From: Mobula hypostoma
Lineage: Eukaryota
DNA length: 64,000 nucleotides
Reading direction: 5' to 3'
NCBI RefSeq assembly: GCF_963921235.1
Contig: NC_086108.1
Location: 105,712,001 to 105,776,000, forward strand
Shown here: piece by piece, positions 61,555 to 64,000 of the stretch
Numbering within the stretch: the stretch's first letter is position 1
Layout of the letters: each line of letters opens with the position of its first letter
Position numbers and translations under genes: made by a program
Notes under the pieces: model-generated
Told to the model about the DNA's origin: nothing
Seen by the model: only the letters and a program-made list of their open reading frames with translations
The model's database searches: none

Positions 61555-62200
61555 TGTCAACAAATACACTCAAAAACTTCTAAAGATGTACCATGGAGAG
61601 CATTCTGACAGGCTGCATCACTGTCTGGTATGCACAGGACTGAAAGAAGCTGCAGAATGCTGTAAATTTAGTCAGCTCCATCTTGGCTACTGGCCTACAA
61701 AGTACCAGGACATTTTCAAGGAGCAGTGCCTCAGAAAGGTAGCATCCATTTATTAAGGACCTCCAGCACCCAGGGCATGCCCTGTTCTCACTGTTACCAT
61801 CAGGGAGAAGGCACACACTCAGTGATTCAGGAACAGCTTCTTCCCCTCTGCCATCCATTTTCTAAATGGAAATTGAACCCATGAACGCACTCGGCCTGAA
61901 ACGTCGACTGTACCTCTTCCTAGAGATGCTGCCTGGCCTGCTGCATTCACCAGCAACTTTGATGTGTGTTGATTGAACCCATGAACATAACTTCACTTTT
62001 TTAAATATATGTTATTTCTGTTTTTTGCACAATTTTTAATCTATTCAATATATGTACAATGTAATTGATTTACGTATTTATTTATCTATTATTTTTATTT
62101 TATTTTTTTCTTCTATATTATGTATTGCATTGAGCTGCTGCTACTGTTAACAAATTTCACAACGCATGTCACTGATAATAAACCTGATTCTGTTCTGTTC
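61555..62200 (+). mobile_element. Rex1/Babar 3' end interrupted by an 85-bp Penelope insertion
   Basis: ggagagcattctgacaggctgcatcactgtctggtatg, aaggacctccagcacccagggcatgccc, AT-rich UTR ending aataaacctgattctg. Confidence 0.82.
61887..61971 (+). mobile_element. 85-bp Penelope terminal insertion with a 15-bp TSD
   Basis: ATTGAACCCATGAAC at 61872-61886 and 61972-61986; the insert matches about 54171-54252. Confidence 0.92.
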
Positions 62201-62339
62201 TGTTCATAGGTCTCTGCACGTTGCCATGCAAGTTGATGGGGTGGTTAAGAAGGGGTATAGTGTGCTGGCCTTCATTAGTTGGAGGACTGAGCTACTTAAG
62301 GTTGTTACAGCCCAGTATGGTATGGGGATAAACTGCCAC

Positions 62340-62619
62340 TGTGGCGACCCATTTTCTAGCACCCACGAACCGGCTCACGAAATAGCGCGCGCAGGCAGAG
62401 GGCCGGCCCCAAAAAGGGCGCCAGGCCATCCTCACCAACAGGGGGAAAATCCCGCGTGCGGAAAGGGTCTGGGAATATGCATTCCCCACAGCAGTTCCGC
62501 CCAGGGAGGGCGGGAACAGGAAGGCTTTAAAGCAGGCCGCGAAGTTTGAATAAATCTCTTTATCACAACTCCAACTCACCGTGTGGTTATTCTAGAGCTG
62601 TGTGTAGCACACCGCTACA
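62340..62619 (+). mobile_element. Gypsy 5' LTR (280 bp)
   Basis: Inverted termini TGTGGCG...CGCTACA; TTTAAA and AATAAA motifs; CpG-rich; directly followed by a primer-binding site and gag. Confidence 0.9.
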
Positions 62620-62621
62620 TT

Positions 62622-62633
62622 TGGAGACCCCGA
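62622..62633 (+). promoter_or_regulatory. Primer-binding site, probably tRNA-Trp
   Basis: TGGAGACCCCGA, 2 nt after the LTR; one mismatch to TGGTGACCCCGA, the complement of the eukaryotic tRNA-Trp 3' end (from memory). Confidence 0.75.
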
Positions 62634-62659
62634 TGGCCCAAACGATATTTGGGCCAGAG

Positions 62660-64000
62660 ATGACCGACGCTACATCTGTTCACGCAGTTTCGTTACAACT
62701 GCCAAGCTTTTGGCCGCTGAGACTCCGTCTGTGGTTGGAACAGGCAGAAGCACAATTCCACATTCGGCAGATAACCTCGGAGTCCACTCGCTACTACTAC
62801 GTGCTGAGCTCCCTCGACCAAGAGACTGCTGCACAAGTTGAGGAGTTTATACAGTCGCCCCCGGAGAACGGCAAATACACAGCATTCAAAGCCCTGCTCA
62901 TAAGGACTTTCGGACTCTCACGGCGCGAACGAGCACGCCGCTTAATGCATCTGGATGGTTTGGGAGACAAGCCGCCGTCAGCATTAATGAACGAGATGCT
63001 GGCCCTGGCTGAAGGACACAAACCCTGCCTCATGTTTGAGCAGGCGCTCCTAGAGCAACTGCCCGAGGACGAATGCCTGCTGCTGTCCGACGCAGATTTC
63101 AGCAACCCCCAGGAGGTGGCAGCCCGAGCAGATGTGTTGTGGAATGCCAAGAAGGAGAGAGGGGCGCCCGTCGCACAGATCACCAAGCCGCATGCCCAAC
63201 GACAGACCAGACCAGGTCCAGCAGCAGAGCCCAACGAACAATGGTGCTTCTACCACCAGCGGTGGGGCACAGAGGCCCGCCGCTGTAGACCACCCTGCAA
63301 ATTCCCGGGAAACACCAAGGCTCAGCCGCCGCCGATCGCTACGGCGGCTGGCCATCAGGACAGCTTCCTGTACGTCTGGGACAAGCAGTCGGGACGCCAA
63401 TTTTTGGTCGACACTGGAGCAGAGATCAGCGTTTTACCTCCAACAAGTTACGACACCTGCAACAGAGAACCTGGACCCACCCTGAGGGCCGCAAATGGCA
63501 GCACAATACGAACCTACGGCACCCGCACGGTGCGGCTACAGTTCAGCTCCAGCCGGTTCACGTGGGACTTCACACTGGCCGTCGTGGCCCAACCACTCCT
63601 GGGGGCGGATTTTCTGCGAGTTCACAGCCTGCTGGTCGACCTGCAAGGGAAGCGATTAGTCCACGCCAAGACTTTTCAAACGTTCTCCCTGGGTGAAGCA
63701 CAGTTGCCAGCCCCACACCTGGACTCCATCACACTGTCCAACGATGAATTCACCAGGGTCCTGGCGGATTTCCCATCAGTACTGACACCGCAGTTCACGG
63801 CAGCCATGCCCAGACACGGAGTACAGCACCACATCCCGACCCAGGGACCACCCCTCCACGCCCGTGCTCGAAGGCTTCCCCCGGACAAGCTCCGACTGGC
63901 GAAGGAGGAGTTCAAGCAGATGGAGGAATTAGGGATCATACGACGGTCCGACAGCCCATGGGCCTCCCCCCTTCATATGGTGCCCAAGGCAACGGGGGGC
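62660..64000 (+). CDS. Ty3/Gypsy gag-protease-RT polyprotein, open to the window edge (447 codons; absent from the ORF track because it has no stop)
   Basis: Manual translation: MTDATSVHAVSLQLPSFW...EQAEAQF...LGDKPPSALMNEM...WCFYHQRWGTEARRCRPPC (Cys/His knuckle)...FLVDTGAEISV (aspartic protease)...LLGADFL...GIIRRSDSPWASPLHMVPK (RT start). Confidence 0.95.
   Translation, partial: MTDATSVHAVSLQLPSFWPLRLRLWLEQAEAQFHIRQITSESTRYYYVLSSLDQETAAQVEEFIQSPPENGKYTAFKALLIRTFGLSRRERARRLMHLDGLGDKPPSALMNEMLALAEGHKPCLMFEQALLEQLPEDECLLLSDADFSNPQEVAARADVLWNAKKERGAPVAQITKPHAQRQTRPGPAAEPNEQWCFYHQRWGTEARRCRPPCKFPGNTKAQPPPIATAAGHQDSFLYVWDKQSGRQFLVDTGAEISVLPPTSYDTCNREPGPTLRAANGSTIRTYGTRTVRLQFSSSRFTWDFTLAVVAQPLLGADFLRVHSLLVDLQGKRLVHAKTFQTFSLGEAQLPAPHLDSITLSNDEFTRVLADFPSVLTPQFTAAMPRHGVQHHIPTQGPPLHARARRLPPDKLRLAKEEFKQMEELGIIRRSDSPWASPLHMVPKATGG
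63307..63353 (+). promoter_or_regulatory. -1 programmed ribosomal frameshift cassette (slippery heptamer plus stem-loop)
   Basis: G GGA AAC in the gag frame (63307-63313), 5-nt spacer, then hairpin GGC(T)CAGCCGCCG / CGGCGGCTGGCC. Confidence 0.8.

Overview
Eukaryotic, repeat-saturated intergenic or intronic DNA. The repeat mix (CR1 LINEs with (ATTGTCT)n/(TATGTTTC)n tails, V-SINEs, Rex1/Babar, abundant Penelope 3' ends) suggests a cartilaginous fish, probably a ray; this is an inference. I found no host gene exon. Almost all long ORFs are retroelement fragments or their antisense shadows. Main content: CR1 (best copy 14958-17375), Rex1/Babar, a decayed R4/Dong-like element (57915-60250), an RTE with a 5' inversion (12260-12755), Tc1 and hAT MITEs, solo LTRs, and a young Gypsy element running off the right edge whose 447-codon gag-pro-RT frame is missing from the ORF track. 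The most notable signals are: (1) minimal hammerhead ribozyme motifs in Penelope 3' ends, three intact plus many decayed; (2) recurring head-to-head inverted Penelope insertions from about 150 bp to 3.1 kb, two with clear target-site duplications (TSDs); (3) a Gypsy -1 frameshift cassette in which one extra base fuses gag and pol. Several non-repetitive, TAAT-rich islands may be conserved enhancers. I see no unambiguous wholly new system; these are unusual variants of known retroelement biology. Family names rest on motif recognition, not database searches, and boundaries of decayed repeats are approximate.
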